Below are positions 1 through 10,066 of a stretch of DNA of 64,000 bases, one piece after another. Location of the stretch: the NCBI GenBank assembly GCA_009693575.1, contig SHWZ01000004.1:19166-83165 (forward strand), in the 5' to 3' direction. The notes below the pieces were generated by a model. The model saw only the letters and a program-made list of their open reading frames with translations. It ran no database searches and was not told the DNA's origin. A program made the translations under genes and the position numbers. The DNA is from Flavobacteriaceae bacterium (GTDB lineage Bacteria; Bacteroidota; Bacteroidia; UKL13-3). Numbering within the stretch: position 1 is the first letter of the stretch; every line of letters starts with the position of its first letter.

Positions 1-843
1 CTTTTCCAGTTCGTCTTTCATTTGCACCACCAGTTGTTGGATGCCAAAATCTGCGGCCTTGCTGCCTATGGTGTTCACTTCCCTGCCAATCTCCTGAGCT
101 ATGAATCCAAGTTTTTTACCAGTCGCATTTTGTTTCATGGTGTCGGCGAAATAGCTGATGTGTTGTGCTAGCCTCGATTTCTCTTCACTTATGTCTAACT
201 TCTCTAAGTAGAAAATTAGTTCTTGCTCAAAGCGGTTAGGGTCGCTTTGGTCTTTGGAAACTAAGGTATCCAAATTGTTCTTTATTCGCTCGCGTATTCG
301 GTCTATCCTCCCTCCATCCAACTCGCCAACCTCTGTCAATAGCTTAGCTATCCTATCGGCACAGGCACTCACCATAGTTGCTATCGACTTCCCCTCCTCA
401 ATTCTGAATGCGTCAAAATGCTCGAAAGCTTCGTTTAAGGTATGGAGCACATGCTTCCATTCTTGTTCACTTAGTTCAGTATCTGGTGCAAGGAAAGCAT
501 CAGGGAACGAAGCAGGATTGGAGAGTATTTGCGATGCATCCAGCCCTAACTCAACGGCAAGTTTTTGCAAGTCGGTGAGGTATCCTTTTAGCACAGCAGT
601 ATTCAACCCGCCACCGCCAGTCGTAGCATTTTTATTCACAAAAGCAAAGCTGGCAGTGATGCTGCCACGTTCCGCCATGCTGCTTACCAACCCACGAATT
701 GCCGTTTCCTTTGATTGCAAGGCTCGTGGCAAACGAATATTCACCTCAGTGTATTTGTTATTGAGCGATTTTATTTCTGCCTTTATCAGCAGGTTTTCGT
801 TTTCAAATCGGGCGAGGCCGAAGCCGGTCATGGATCGGAGCAT
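1..843 (-). CDS. yicC: YicC/YloC family stress-induced protein (UPF0701). The C-terminal end runs off the window start.
   Basis: Reverse-strand translation starts MLRSMTGFG and ends ...GKKLGFIAQEIGREVNTIGSKAADFGIQQLVVQMKDELEK, which are YicC N- and C-terminal (DUF1732) signatures. The ORF-track + strand ORF 254..922 is antisense to this gene. Confidence 0.75.
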   Translation of the reverse strand, partial: MLRSMTGFGLARFENENLLIKAEIKSLNNKYTEVNIRLPRALQSKETAIRGLVSSMAERGSITASFAFVNKNATTGGGGLNTAVLKGYLTDLQKLAVELGLDASQILSNPASFPDAFLAPDTELSEQEWKHVLHTLNEAFEHFDAFRIEEGKSIATMVSACADRIAKLLTEVGELDGGRIDRIRERIKNNLDTLVSKDQSDPNRFEQELIFYLEKLDISEEKSRLAQHISYFADTMKQNATGKKLGFIAQEIGREVNTIGSKAADFGIQQLVVQMKDELEK

Positions 844-979
844 TGTTAATTTGGTAATTGGTTATCCCGATAGCTATCGGGACGGTTATTCGGCAATGGT
901 ATTGGTGCGACCCTCGAGGTAGTCATTGTAAAGTGGTGAATGTGGTACTATGCAATGCCCCCTTCGGGGCTGAGGCCTT

Positions 980-3598
980 CTATCGGTCAAATAGTTTAAT
1001 AAGTGCCTGATCCAGTTTCATAGCTGCAAGGTGGTCTATTATCAGGGTTTTTATGGCTATGCGTTCATCTTTTGTTTCTTTCAAGATGGTTTTATCAGTT
1101 AGTGAAGCTTCAATGGTTTCCTTAGATTGGGCAAGCCGCATCCTCACAAAGGCCGCATAATAATTTGGGACGCCCTTACAATAAAATTCGCCTTTGAATG
1201 CTTCCAATACCACCTTTGCTTCTGTGGTATCGGCCAGGCCGCTAAGATAAGTAGCCATATCACCCAAATATGAAAATCGTTCTTGAAAACTAATAGTTGG
1301 CAACAGTCGCAATAGCTTTTTGCCGTAAGACCCTTTGCCTGCCTTTACCAAGTAGCCGAAAGCTATCTGGTTCAGCTTTCGATTGTCGGTGGCAAACCAC
1401 AAATCTGCAGTTTGCAATACCTTAGCCGAATCAAACTTGTATAAAGCATTCATGCCAGCATCGCATACCCTATAGGATAAATCATTGATGGCATGTTCAA
1501 AAATGGAGGCGTATTTTGCATCATTCAATCTTGCCAGCACCTGAATGGCTTTCAGCCTCACCGACGCTTTAGCGTCTTTGGTGGCAAGTTCTGTTATTTT
1601 GCTTTCAAATGCTTTTACGGTTGATTCATCATCGGCCTCCAACAGCAGTTGCAAGGCTTGTTCGCGATGTGCCCAAAAGCCATCACCAAGTGCATAGGTA
1701 AGCATCTCTGCAGCAGCCGCTTTGTCGCTTTCAGTTGAGTTAAGGTAGATCTTCGCCATTTCCAAAGCTTCCTGCTTATCGTAGTAATTACCACCGTGTG
1801 CAAACTGATACTTCCGTTCTTCAACGGTGCGTTCTTCGGTGCGAGTGCAAAGGAGAGTTCTGTCTGCATCCACTTGCACCCAAAAAGGTTTTATGTCGCA
1901 AGGGAAAGTGAAAGTTTCGCTTCCATTTTTTACCCAAACTTTATGCGAGTTTACAAAGCCACGGCCATGCACTTTTATTGTCAAGGGGAAAGTAAAATTT
2001 TTACCCACCTGTATCTGAGCAATGTCCACTTCTACTGTCTTGGTGCTATCATCGTAAATTTGGTTAATAGCAATTTCAGGATGCCCTGTTTCCAGAAACC
2101 ATTGATTAAAAAACCAGTTCAAGTCTTCGCCTGAAATCTTTTCAAAACACTTACGCAGGTCGTGTATTTCAGCAGTGCCAAACATATTGCTTTTTAAATA
2201 CAGTTGCAGCGACTCAAAAAATATTTCATCGCCCACCACATTGCGAAGCATGTTTAGCACCGCTCCTCCTCGTTCGTAGCTGTTCACATCGAACATATCC
2301 TCTTTGTCTCGGTAGTAGTAACGAACGATAGGTGGCTGCAGCTCGTTTACATTGGTATGTATAAAAGCCTCCATGTTGCCCATCATGTGGTGTTCGGCAT
2401 CCTCTTTCCCGTAGGCATGTTCACGCCACAGGTATTCACCATAAGTAGCAAAGGATTCATTCAGGCTCAGGTTGCTCCAGCTTTCGCAAGTCACTAAGTC
2501 GCCAAACCAGTGGTGGAACAGCTCATGCGAGATCATGTCTTCGCCAGTGTTATCCAAGTGTGCCCTGGCATCGTGCTGCATCATTTCCTCGTGTATAACT
2601 GCGGTTGTATTTTCCATAGCCCCGCTGACATAGTCACGCACCACTATCTGGTCATATTTTTCCCAAGGGTAGGGCACAAATTTTTTCGAGAAAAACTCAA
2701 TCATGGCTGGGGTTTTACCAAACACCAACTTGGCATAAGGCTGCCACTTTGGTTCTACAAAGTAGTTCACCGCAAGGCCGTCTTCGGTTTGGTCTTTCAC
2801 TTTAGCAAACTTGCCAATAGCCATCATCGCCAAGTAGGGTGCATGTGGTTGGCTTTGCTGCCACATGTCAGTACGCTTTGCTCCGTTTTCGCTGCTATAA
2901 ACCAAATCGCCATTGCTCACGGTGACATCGCCCGTATCGCAGGTGATGCTTATTGACTGGGACATCTTTTGGTTGGGGGCATCAATGGTAGGAAACCAAC
3001 ACGAACTGCTTTCTGTTTCGCCCTGTGTCCACACTTGGCGGGGTTTGCTAGGGTCTTCGCCTAATGGGTTTATGAAATAAATTCCCTTGGCATCGCTGAT
3101 AGCGGCTGAACCAACTTGCTTCACGGCATTGGGGCGGGCTGTGTATTTTATCTTCACAACAATCCTATTCCATGTGTCAATTGCTTCACCAAAATATATT
3201 TTGAGGTGAAGGCTATCTTTATAATCGAATCGAAGAGAAAGCACCTTATCCTTCCCTTTTTTAACTTGTAGAAATGCGTCTACTGCCTGTATGAACATAT
3301 ACTTGGCATCCAGCCAAAGGGAATCTTGTGGTCGCTTTTGAACCTCCAAACATATTTGTGCAGAACCTTCCAGCTCGCTCTTTTCATACACAGGCTCCAC
3401 CTCAAGTACGGTTGACACCAGTTTCCAATGCAAGGGTCGGGCAGCCTGATATTCGAGCGGGGCATCGAGTATAGTTTCCTCAGCAGCGGCGGCGTTATCG
3501 GAGTCCATGCTCACATCAAGTCCATTCGTTTTCTTTTTCAAAAAACAAGAACTGCCAAGCAGCAGCACGATGGAAAGAAAGGAAAGAATTTTTGACAT
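980..3598 (-). CDS. M1 family zinc aminopeptidase (aminopeptidase N-like), lipoprotein
   Basis: GAMENTTAV exopeptidase motif. HELFHHWFGD is an HExxH zinc motif followed by a downstream Glu. N-terminal signal with lipobox (LLLGSSC). 872 aa. Confidence 0.85.
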   Translation of the reverse strand: MSKILSFLSIVLLLGSSCFLKKKTNGLDVSMDSDNAAAAEETILDAPLEYQAARPLHWKLVSTVLEVEPVYEKSELEGSAQICLEVQKRPQDSLWLDAKYMFIQAVDAFLQVKKGKDKVLSLRFDYKDSLHLKIYFGEAIDTWNRIVVKIKYTARPNAVKQVGSAAISDAKGIYFINPLGEDPSKPRQVWTQGETESSSCWFPTIDAPNQKMSQSISITCDTGDVTVSNGDLVYSSENGAKRTDMWQQSQPHAPYLAMMAIGKFAKVKDQTEDGLAVNYFVEPKWQPYAKLVFGKTPAMIEFFSKKFVPYPWEKYDQIVVRDYVSGAMENTTAVIHEEMMQHDARAHLDNTGEDMISHELFHHWFGDLVTCESWSNLSLNESFATYGEYLWREHAYGKEDAEHHMMGNMEAFIHTNVNELQPPIVRYYYRDKEDMFDVNSYERGGAVLNMLRNVVGDEIFFESLQLYLKSNMFGTAEIHDLRKCFEKISGEDLNWFFNQWFLETGHPEIAINQIYDDSTKTVEVDIAQIQVGKNFTFPLTIKVHGRGFVNSHKVWVKNGSETFTFPCDIKPFWVQVDADRTLLCTRTEERTVEERKYQFAHGGNYYDKQEALEMAKIYLNSTESDKAAAAEMLTYALGDGFWAHREQALQLLLEADDESTVKAFESKITELATKDAKASVRLKAIQVLARLNDAKYASIFEHAINDLSYRVCDAGMNALYKFDSAKVLQTADLWFATDNRKLNQIAFGYLVKAGKGSYGKKLLRLLPTISFQERFSYLGDMATYLSGLADTTEAKVVLEAFKGEFYCKGVPNYYAAFVRMRLAQSKETIEASLTDKTILKETKDERIAIKTLIIDHLAAMKLDQALIKLFDR

Positions 3599-3628
3599 TG
3601 CAGGGCAAAAGTAAGCCCCTGCTGCGGC

Positions 3629-4513
3629 TCAGGAGATGGAATTGATAAACTGCAGGAATTCGTCTAGGCTTTTCAACACTATCACGTTGTCGGGGTGATT
3701 GCCGCAAGGCCCACACACTTTGCTACCGGCCACGACTAATTTTGCACCACACCACAGGCTAGCAGCCTTGGCTATAAAATCGTTCACATCGCTACAAGTG
3801 GGTGTGCAGGTCACTGAAGTAAATACATATTCGGGCTTGTATTGGTCGAATACCCCACAGATGTCCTGCTCGGGTGTCATTTGGCCAAGGTAAACAACCT
3901 TGTGGCCAAGGCTGCGAATAATATAATTTGCATACAACAATCCCATTTCGTGTGCTTCGCCATCGGGGAGGTAGAGCAAGAAACGTTTACCTCCTGCAGA
4001 TTGCTTATATGTTTGGCCGTCAATAGCAACATACAGTTTTTGCTTGATTAAATTGCTCACAAAATGTTCGTGGGCAGGGTGTATGCTGCCTGTCATCCAC
4101 AACAATCCTACTTGATCCATGAAAGGAAAAATGACCTGCAACATGGTTTGCTCCAGCCCCATTTGCAAAATGCAGGTAGTGATAGTGCGATTAAAAGCAT
4201 CTTCGTCCATGCTTATCATGGCAGTGCTCAAAGATTTGCTATGCCCGGAAAACTGCTCATGCTTTTGCGAAGCCAGCATCACTACTTCTTCCATTTTGCC
4301 CTTGCCCATGCCTGCCACTTTACTTATTCGGTAGCCGCAGTTGAGCAATATGGATACCTTGAGCAGGTATTTAAGGTCGTCGTCATCGTAGTAGCGTATG
4401 TTGGTGTCGGTACGTTTGGGTATCACCATATTGTACCGCTGCTCCCATATTCGCAGGGTGTGAGCTTTCACCCCCGTGAATTTTTCAATGTCGCTGATGG
4501 AGAACCTTCCCAT
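3629..4513 (-). CDS. MerR-family transcriptional regulator with a C-terminal B12-binding module; CarH/LitR-type AdoCbl-dependent light sensor
   Basis: N-terminal MerR HTH (ISDIEKFTGVKAHTLRIWEQRY...IRYYDDDDL). Four-helix-bundle region with an exact Wx9EH motif (LLWMTGSIHPAHEHF). Rossmann B12-binding domain with ExHxxG (DGEAHEMG) and G-rich segments. Confidence 0.65.
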   Translation of the reverse strand: MGRFSISDIEKFTGVKAHTLRIWEQRYNMVIPKRTDTNIRYYDDDDLKYLLKVSILLNCGYRISKVAGMGKGKMEEVVMLASQKHEQFSGHSKSLSTAMISMDEDAFNRTITTCILQMGLEQTMLQVIFPFMDQVGLLWMTGSIHPAHEHFVSNLIKQKLYVAIDGQTYKQSAGGKRFLLYLPDGEAHEMGLLYANYIIRSLGHKVVYLGQMTPEQDICGVFDQYKPEYVFTSVTCTPTCSDVNDFIAKAASLWCGAKLVVAGSKVCGPCGNHPDNVIVLKSLDEFLQFINSIS

Positions 4514-4582
4514 ATTGGTTGAATAAACACCTAAAGGGAAGTTTTGTTTTTTTGCTTAGCCATTATAGGGTTCAATACCTTA

Positions 4583-5875
4583 TTAAGGTTTGACTAAAGC
4601 TATTAAAATTTTTGAAGTTGCCCCGGCATTTTTTTGCATAAAATTACTAGCGACATCCCCAGCAGCTCTCAGTTTTTCGGGCATTTCATATAGTTCTTCC
4701 AGCAACTGCTGCCAATCGTCTTTGCTTGCCACTTCAAACCCACAGCCCTCTTTTAGCATGACCTTGGCTTCAGGAAATTTTGAGTGATTGGGGCCAAAAA
4801 AAACAGCCTTGCCCCAGGCAATTGCTTCCAGCACATTATGCAACTTACCACTAAAACCACCCCCCACCAAAGCCACCGAAGCATATTGATACAGCGAAGC
4901 CAACATACCAATGTTATCAACGATGAGGCAATAGGGAATAGCAGCGTCTTCAGGTACATTCAAGTTGCTATGTCGCACCACCCATTCTGAATAAAGCACA
5001 GACCCCTCAAATTGTTTCTGTATATCTTTTGCTCGACTAATGTCGTGTGGTGCTATGATTATTTTGTGGTCAGTCGTTTTATAGGTTAACTGAAGCAGTT
5101 CCTCTTCTGGTTCCCAGGTGCTGCCAGCCACTATGGTGAAGTCTTTGCCACAAAATTCATCAAGCATTGTAGAGGATTTGCCAACTTTTATGTTGTCAAG
5201 ACACCGGTCGTAGCGAGGGTCACCGCACACCATTTTGTTTGTTATATTGATACCTTCGAGCAGCTTGGCTGATTTCTCATCTTGTAAAAAAAAATGAGTA
5301 AAAAAGCCCAACATTTTTCGGTAAAGTCCACCATACCATTTGAAAAACACCTGCCCAGGCCTGAAGCGACCAGCCACCAAATAGGTGGGTATTTTTCGTG
5401 TATTCAATTCGTTTAGGTGATGGTACCAAAACTCATATTTCACAAAGAAGGCAGCTGTGGGTTTTATGGCTTCCACAAATTGGCGAGCGTTGCGTTTTGT
5501 ATCCAATGGCAGGTAACACACCAAGTCAGCCCCCGGCCAGTCTTTACGAACTTCGTAGCCCGATGGCGAGAAGAACGTCAAGACGATTTTGGCTCCATTG
5601 TTTTGCTTTTTCAAAGCTTCCATCAGTGGACTACCTTGCTCAAATTCACCGAGTGAAGCACAGTGGAACCAGAAAATAGGGGTATCTAGTTTGGCGATTT
5701 TAGTTTGAAGTGTGAAGTCGGCAATCCTACGTCTTGAATCATTTGTTTTGCCTCTTCCTCTCAGCCACAACTCTGCCTTCTTATTCCAAACAGCAGCTAG
5801 CCTGATGCCAAGCCAGTAAAGGTGGATGGAGAGATTGTAGAGAAAAACCACACTGCAAAGCAAAGCCATTTGCAA
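4583..5875 (-). CDS. waaA: 3-deoxy-D-manno-octulosonic acid (Kdo) transferase
   Basis: WFHCASLGEFEQGSPL motif and GT30-family fold similarity. 430 aa with an N-terminal TM segment. Confidence 0.8.
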   Translation of the reverse strand: MQMALLCSVVFLYNLSIHLYWLGIRLAAVWNKKAELWLRGRGKTNDSRRRIADFTLQTKIAKLDTPIFWFHCASLGEFEQGSPLMEALKKQNNGAKIVLTFFSPSGYEVRKDWPGADLVCYLPLDTKRNARQFVEAIKPTAAFFVKYEFWYHHLNELNTRKIPTYLVAGRFRPGQVFFKWYGGLYRKMLGFFTHFFLQDEKSAKLLEGINITNKMVCGDPRYDRCLDNIKVGKSSTMLDEFCGKDFTIVAGSTWEPEEELLQLTYKTTDHKIIIAPHDISRAKDIQKQFEGSVLYSEWVVRHSNLNVPEDAAIPYCLIVDNIGMLASLYQYASVALVGGGFSGKLHNVLEAIAWGKAVFFGPNHSKFPEAKVMLKEGCGFEVASKDDWQQLLEELYEMPEKLRAAGDVASNFMQKNAGATSKILIALVKP

Positions 5876-5950
5876 TTAATCAATAGCATCCGTTACTTCA
5901 TTTCATAAATCGTAATTCGCTCAATCGTTTATGCTGGCTACCTTTGCCCC

Positions 5951-6853
5951 GTGTCAGTATCGGTAAGCAACATTAGCAAAAATTATGGTGAACAAAAAGC
6001 CGTTGATGGCATTTCGTTTGAAGCCCGACCAGGAGAGATATTGGGTTTTCTTGGGCCCAATGGTGCAGGAAAATCTACCACCATGAAAATGTTGACTTGC
6101 TACATTCCACCTACCTCTGGCACAGCCACGGTGTGCGGATTCGACATCAACCAACAGCCGCTAGAAGTTCGCAAACAAGTAGGCTACCTTCCCGAACTTA
6201 ACCCGTTGTACACCGATATGTTTGTGAAGGAATACCTCTACTTCATGGCAGATGTACACAAGCTAGGTAAAGCAGGGCACAAAGCCGCCGAATCCATGAT
6301 AGACAGAGTAGGGCTTACGCCCGAACGTGGCAAAAAAATAGGCCAACTGAGCAAGGGATACAAGCAAAGGGTGGGGCTGGCACAAGCCATGTTGCACAAC
6401 CCCAAAGTATTAATTTTGGACGAACCCACAAGCGGACTTGACCCGAATCAGATAGTTGAAATCCGCAACCTGATAAGGCAAATTGGCGTGGACAAGACTG
6501 TCATACTCAGCACACATATTATGCAGGAAGTACAAGCCCTTTGCCGCCGTGTCATCATCATCAACAAAGGAAAATTGGTGGCCAACAGTCCTGTTGAGGA
6601 GCTTGGAAAATCTGGCAGGGATAATTATGTGGTTTTGGAGTTTAACGTCGAAATTAACGAGGCCGACCTGAGGAATATCCCTGGAGTAATTTCAACTGTC
6701 TCGGCAGGCAACAACAAATGGAGAGTGCAGTCAACAACCGATGTGCGTGAGCAGCTTTTCCGTTTTGCTGTCAATAATGGCATCGACCTTCTAAGCTTGG
6801 TGAAAGAAGAGCAAAGTTTGGAAGACGTTTTCAAGCAAGTGACCAAGGAATAG
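5951..6853 (+). CDS. gldA: ABC transporter ATP-binding protein, GldA-like (gliding-motility-associated)
   Basis: Walker A GPNGAGKST. LSKGYKQRVGLA signature. EPTSGLDP. The segment ...NQIVEIRN...DKTVILSTHIMQEV...RVIIINKGK is typical of GldA orthologs. GTG start sits directly after a TAccTTTG -7 box. Confidence 0.6.
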   Translation: MSVSVSNISKNYGEQKAVDGISFEARPGEILGFLGPNGAGKSTTMKMLTCYIPPTSGTATVCGFDINQQPLEVRKQVGYLPELNPLYTDMFVKEYLYFMADVHKLGKAGHKAAESMIDRVGLTPERGKKIGQLSKGYKQRVGLAQAMLHNPKVLILDEPTSGLDPNQIVEIRNLIRQIGVDKTVILSTHIMQEVQALCRRVIIINKGKLVANSPVEELGKSGRDNYVVLEFNVEINEADLRNIPGVISTVSAGNNKWRVQSTTDVREQLFRFAVNNGIDLLSLVKEEQSLEDVFKQVTKE

Positions 6854-7115
6854 CCGTTCCCAACGGTTGCCGATAAAGCCAAACCACAGGCAAATAATCC
6901 CATACGGAATATGTTTGGTCCGATTAAGATAAAAAAAGGGTACGCACATTTTGGGATGAAACAAAATTAGTAACAGTACTAGTATTGCGAATTACGGATA
7001 CGCACTAAAATGAATTTTGATTTTGCAGGATTCAATTTTGGGTGCCGTACTATTGCCACATAGTTTTGCCAAGCAATCAACTAACTGATTACTCAACATA
7101 AAACCAAACAGAAAT

Positions 7116-8093
7116 ATGAAACACTTCTCCATTACTTTTTGTACTTTTCTTATGCTGATGCTATTCTCAGCCAATAAAGTGAGTGCACAAACCACCGACA
7201 CTTCGGCAATCTATTTAATCGTAATAACAGATGGTCAAGAACTCACTGGTAAAATAATTTCACAAGATGCTCGTGAAGTGTTGCTTGAAACTAAAACCAT
7301 TGGCATGGTGGCCATCCCGAAGCTTAGCATCAAAGAAATAAGACTACTGAAAAAGGAAGAGATTAAAGGGGATGGTGCATATAATCCCGACCAAATTTTC
7401 GCAACACGGTATTTTATTACCACCAATGGATTGCCTATTAAAAAAGGAGATATGTACGCACAGCTTAATCTTTTTGGCCCAGAAATACAATATGGCGTAA
7501 CTGAAGATTTTGGCATTGGCGTAATGACAAGCTGGATAGCAAGCCCGGTTGTGCTTTCAGCTAAGTATAGCAAAAAAGTTGGCAAAAACCTAAATGTCGG
7601 GGCGGGTGCTTTGCTTGGAACAGGTTCATGGACTTTCCCCGATTTTATGATGGCTCTTCCATTTGGTGTGCTTACTTATGGCAATCGCAAAAATAACATC
7701 AATATTTCTGCGGGATATGGGGCTATAAGTGATAAGACATACTCATATTTTTATGACCCTGTGACACAAATAGGCACCGAAATATACAAACGTGAAACCA
7801 ATGGCCGTGCATTGGTGTCCATAGCTGGCATGGCAACCATAAACAAAAAAATAACCTTTGTATTTGATACATTCATTATACCCGACGACGGGAAACAAGG
7901 AGATCTTGAAGGTCTTGCTCTTATCATGCCTGGACTTCGGTTTCAAACAAATTCCGACAGAGCGTTTCAAATTGGTTTTGCTGGAATAATTAGCACTTAT
8001 ACCGAAGTGAATTCGCAAACAGGTGCAAAGTCAAAATATAGAGAAACTGTACCATTACCCATACCCATGCTTACTTGGTTCAGGAAGTTGTAA
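7116..8093 (+). CDS. hypothetical secreted protein
   Basis: Signal peptide MKHFSITFCTFLMLMLFSANKVSAQ. 325 aa. No recognisable motif. Confidence 0.45.
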   Translation: MKHFSITFCTFLMLMLFSANKVSAQTTDTSAIYLIVITDGQELTGKIISQDAREVLLETKTIGMVAIPKLSIKEIRLLKKEEIKGDGAYNPDQIFATRYFITTNGLPIKKGDMYAQLNLFGPEIQYGVTEDFGIGVMTSWIASPVVLSAKYSKKVGKNLNVGAGALLGTGSWTFPDFMMALPFGVLTYGNRKNNINISAGYGAISDKTYSYFYDPVTQIGTEIYKRETNGRALVSIAGMATINKKITFVFDTFIIPDDGKQGDLEGLALIMPGLRFQTNSDRAFQIGFAGIISTYTEVNSQTGAKSKYRETVPLPIPMLTWFRKL

Positions 8094-8123
8094 AGAGGTT
8101 GGCGAATCTAGTCGAAAACTGAG

Positions 8124-8702
8124 TTAAGGATTCCACCTTTTCGCAGTCTTCAAAGCCACATCTACAAACAGGTTCAGCCCCTTGTCGTATTCGTCATTGC
8201 CAAGGCTTTGGCCGTTTTCATCCAAAGCCTTTTGCGTAAACTGGCTCTCAAACACGCGGGGAACAACAATGCTTTCATAGTGCATTACACTGTTTATTTT
8301 GTTGAGCACATAAGTGAGCTGTACGGTAGGGAACTTACCGCCACGTCCATTAGATGAACCAGCTATAGCAAACACTTTATCGCTCCACATGCTGGCGTAA
8401 GGGCGGTCAGTCATCTGGTGAATGAAGTTGATGAGTTCCGCACTGGGCATCCAGTTGTATTCGGGTGAGATAATGAAAATCAAACTGGCCGCATCCATGC
8501 TGTCTTTCAGTTGCTGTTGAAACTGGGTAAGGTTGTTTTCATCCAAATTTCCGTTGGCCATCAAAGGGATATCATATTCATCAAATTTTACCAGGGAGAC
8601 TTCGTCTATTCCCCTGCCTTTAGCAGCTATTTCAATCGCTTTGGCCACTTTTAGACTATTGGAGTTTTTGCGGGGTGAGCCCGAAATGATGCAGATGTTC
8701 AT
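8124..8702 (-). CDS. NAD(P)H-dependent FMN reductase family oxidoreductase (flavodoxin-like fold)
   Basis: MNICIISGSPRKNSNS... N-terminus typical of the NADPH-dependent FMN reductase / SsuE-like family. 192 aa. Confidence 0.65.
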   Translation of the reverse strand: MNICIISGSPRKNSNSLKVAKAIEIAAKGRGIDEVSLVKFDEYDIPLMANGNLDENNLTQFQQQLKDSMDAASLIFIISPEYNWMPSAELINFIHQMTDRPYASMWSDKVFAIAGSSNGRGGKFPTVQLTYVLNKINSVMHYESIVVPRVFESQFTQKALDENGQSLGNDEYDKGLNLFVDVALKTAKRWNP

Positions 8703-8787
8703 GGATAGATTTAAGTAATAATTTGAAAACGGTTTTATAGGCAGTATTGTTTGGCAAGCGTAAAATGTAAGCGGTTATCTTTGCCGC

Positions 8788-10065
8788 ATGACTTTCATAG
8801 AAGAATTGCAGTGGCGTGGGTTGTTGCACGATAAAATGCCAGGAGTGGAGGAACACATGGCCGCAGGAATGGTCACTGGTTATGTAGGTTTTGACCCTAC
8901 GGCAGCTTCGCTGGGCATAGGAAATCTGGTACCAATAATGCTGCTGGTGCATTTGCAACGCCATGGCCACAAACCCATAGCGGTGGTGGGAGGGGCAACT
9001 GGCATGGTGGGCGACCCCAGCGGCAAAAGTAGCGAACGTAACCTGCTGAGCATAGACCAACTGCGGCACAACGAAGCGGGAGTAAAAATGCAGCTTGAGA
9101 AATTTTTGGATTTTAGCGATACCCAAAATTCGGCTGTATTGGTAAATAACTTTGATTGGATGAAAGATTATAGTTTTCTTGATTTCCTGAGGGAGGTAGG
9201 GAAACATTTGACCATAAACTATATGCTGGCCAAAGATTCGGTAAAAAACAGGTTGGACACCGGCATGTCGTTCACCGAGTTTAGCTACCAACTTTTGCAA
9301 GGTTACGACTTTTACCATTTATACAAAAACCATGGCTGCACCTTGCAAATGGGAGGCAGCGACCAATGGGGAAATATGACCTCAGGCACCGAACTTATTC
9401 GACGCATGGCGGCAGGAGAGACTTGGTGTATTACCAATCCTCTTGTTACCAAAAGCGATGGCAGCAAGTTTGGCAAAAGCGAAAGCGGCAATGTGTGGCT
9501 CGACCGCAGCATGACCAGCCCCTACAAGTTTTACCAGTTTTGGCTCAACGTAACCGATGAGGAGGCAGCCCGCTTCATTCGTGTATATACCTTGTTGGGC
9601 AAAGAAGAAATAGAAGCACTGGAAGCTGAGCATATACTAACGCCACATCTTCGCATTTTGCAAAAAAGGCTTTCACAGGAAGTAACTACGCTGGTGCACT
9701 CTTCAGCTGACTATCAACAAGCAATTGAAGCAAGTAATCTACTGTTTGGAAATGGAACTACCGAACAACTCAAAACGATGAACGAAGAACTTCTTTTAGC
9801 TGTGATGGATGGGGTACCACAGGTGGAAGTAGCTCAAGACCTGTTATTGAACGTGGATATTGTAGATGTGCTGTCGGCCAATACTGGAAATAGTATATTC
9901 CCAAGTAAAGGAGAAGCCCGCAAGATGCTGCAAGGGGGGGGGGTTAGCATCAACAAGCAAAAGATTGACGAAGCACACAAGCTGCAAGCCAGCGACTTGT
10001 TGAACGGAAAATATATCCTTGCCCAAAAAGGGAAGAAGAATTACTATTTGATAAAAGCTAACTAA
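8788..10065 (+). CDS. tyrS: tyrosine--tRNA ligase
   Basis: [17 protein letters not shown]...[17 protein letters not shown] aligns residue-for-residue with the class I TyrRS catalytic core. KFGKS (KMSKS-type) motif. C-terminal S4-like domain. The HIGH motif is replaced by GIGN. Confidence 0.85.
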   Translation: MTFIEELQWRGLLHDKMPGVEEHMAAGMVTGYVGFDPTAASLGIGNLVPIMLLVHLQRHGHKPIAVVGGATGMVGDPSGKSSERNLLSIDQLRHNEAGVKMQLEKFLDFSDTQNSAVLVNNFDWMKDYSFLDFLREVGKHLTINYMLAKDSVKNRLDTGMSFTEFSYQLLQGYDFYHLYKNHGCTLQMGGSDQWGNMTSGTELIRRMAAGETWCITNPLVTKSDGSKFGKSESGNVWLDRSMTSPYKFYQFWLNVTDEEAARFIRVYTLLGKEEIEALEAEHILTPHLRILQKRLSQEVTTLVHSSADYQQAIEASNLLFGNGTTEQLKTMNEELLLAVMDGVPQVEVAQDLLLNVDIVDVLSANTGNSIFPSKGEARKMLQGGGVSINKQKIDEAHKLQASDLLNGKYILAQKGKKNYYLIKAN

Positions 10066-10066
10066 C

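Noticed and set aside
254-922. 222-aa + strand ORF at the window start
   Set aside because: It lies antisense to a well-supported YicC-family gene (minus strand, 1..843). The antisense frame is low-complexity and unrecognisable.
8656-9318. 220-aa minus-strand ORF overlapping the tyrS 5' half
   Set aside because: Antisense to a strongly supported TyrRS. No motifs.
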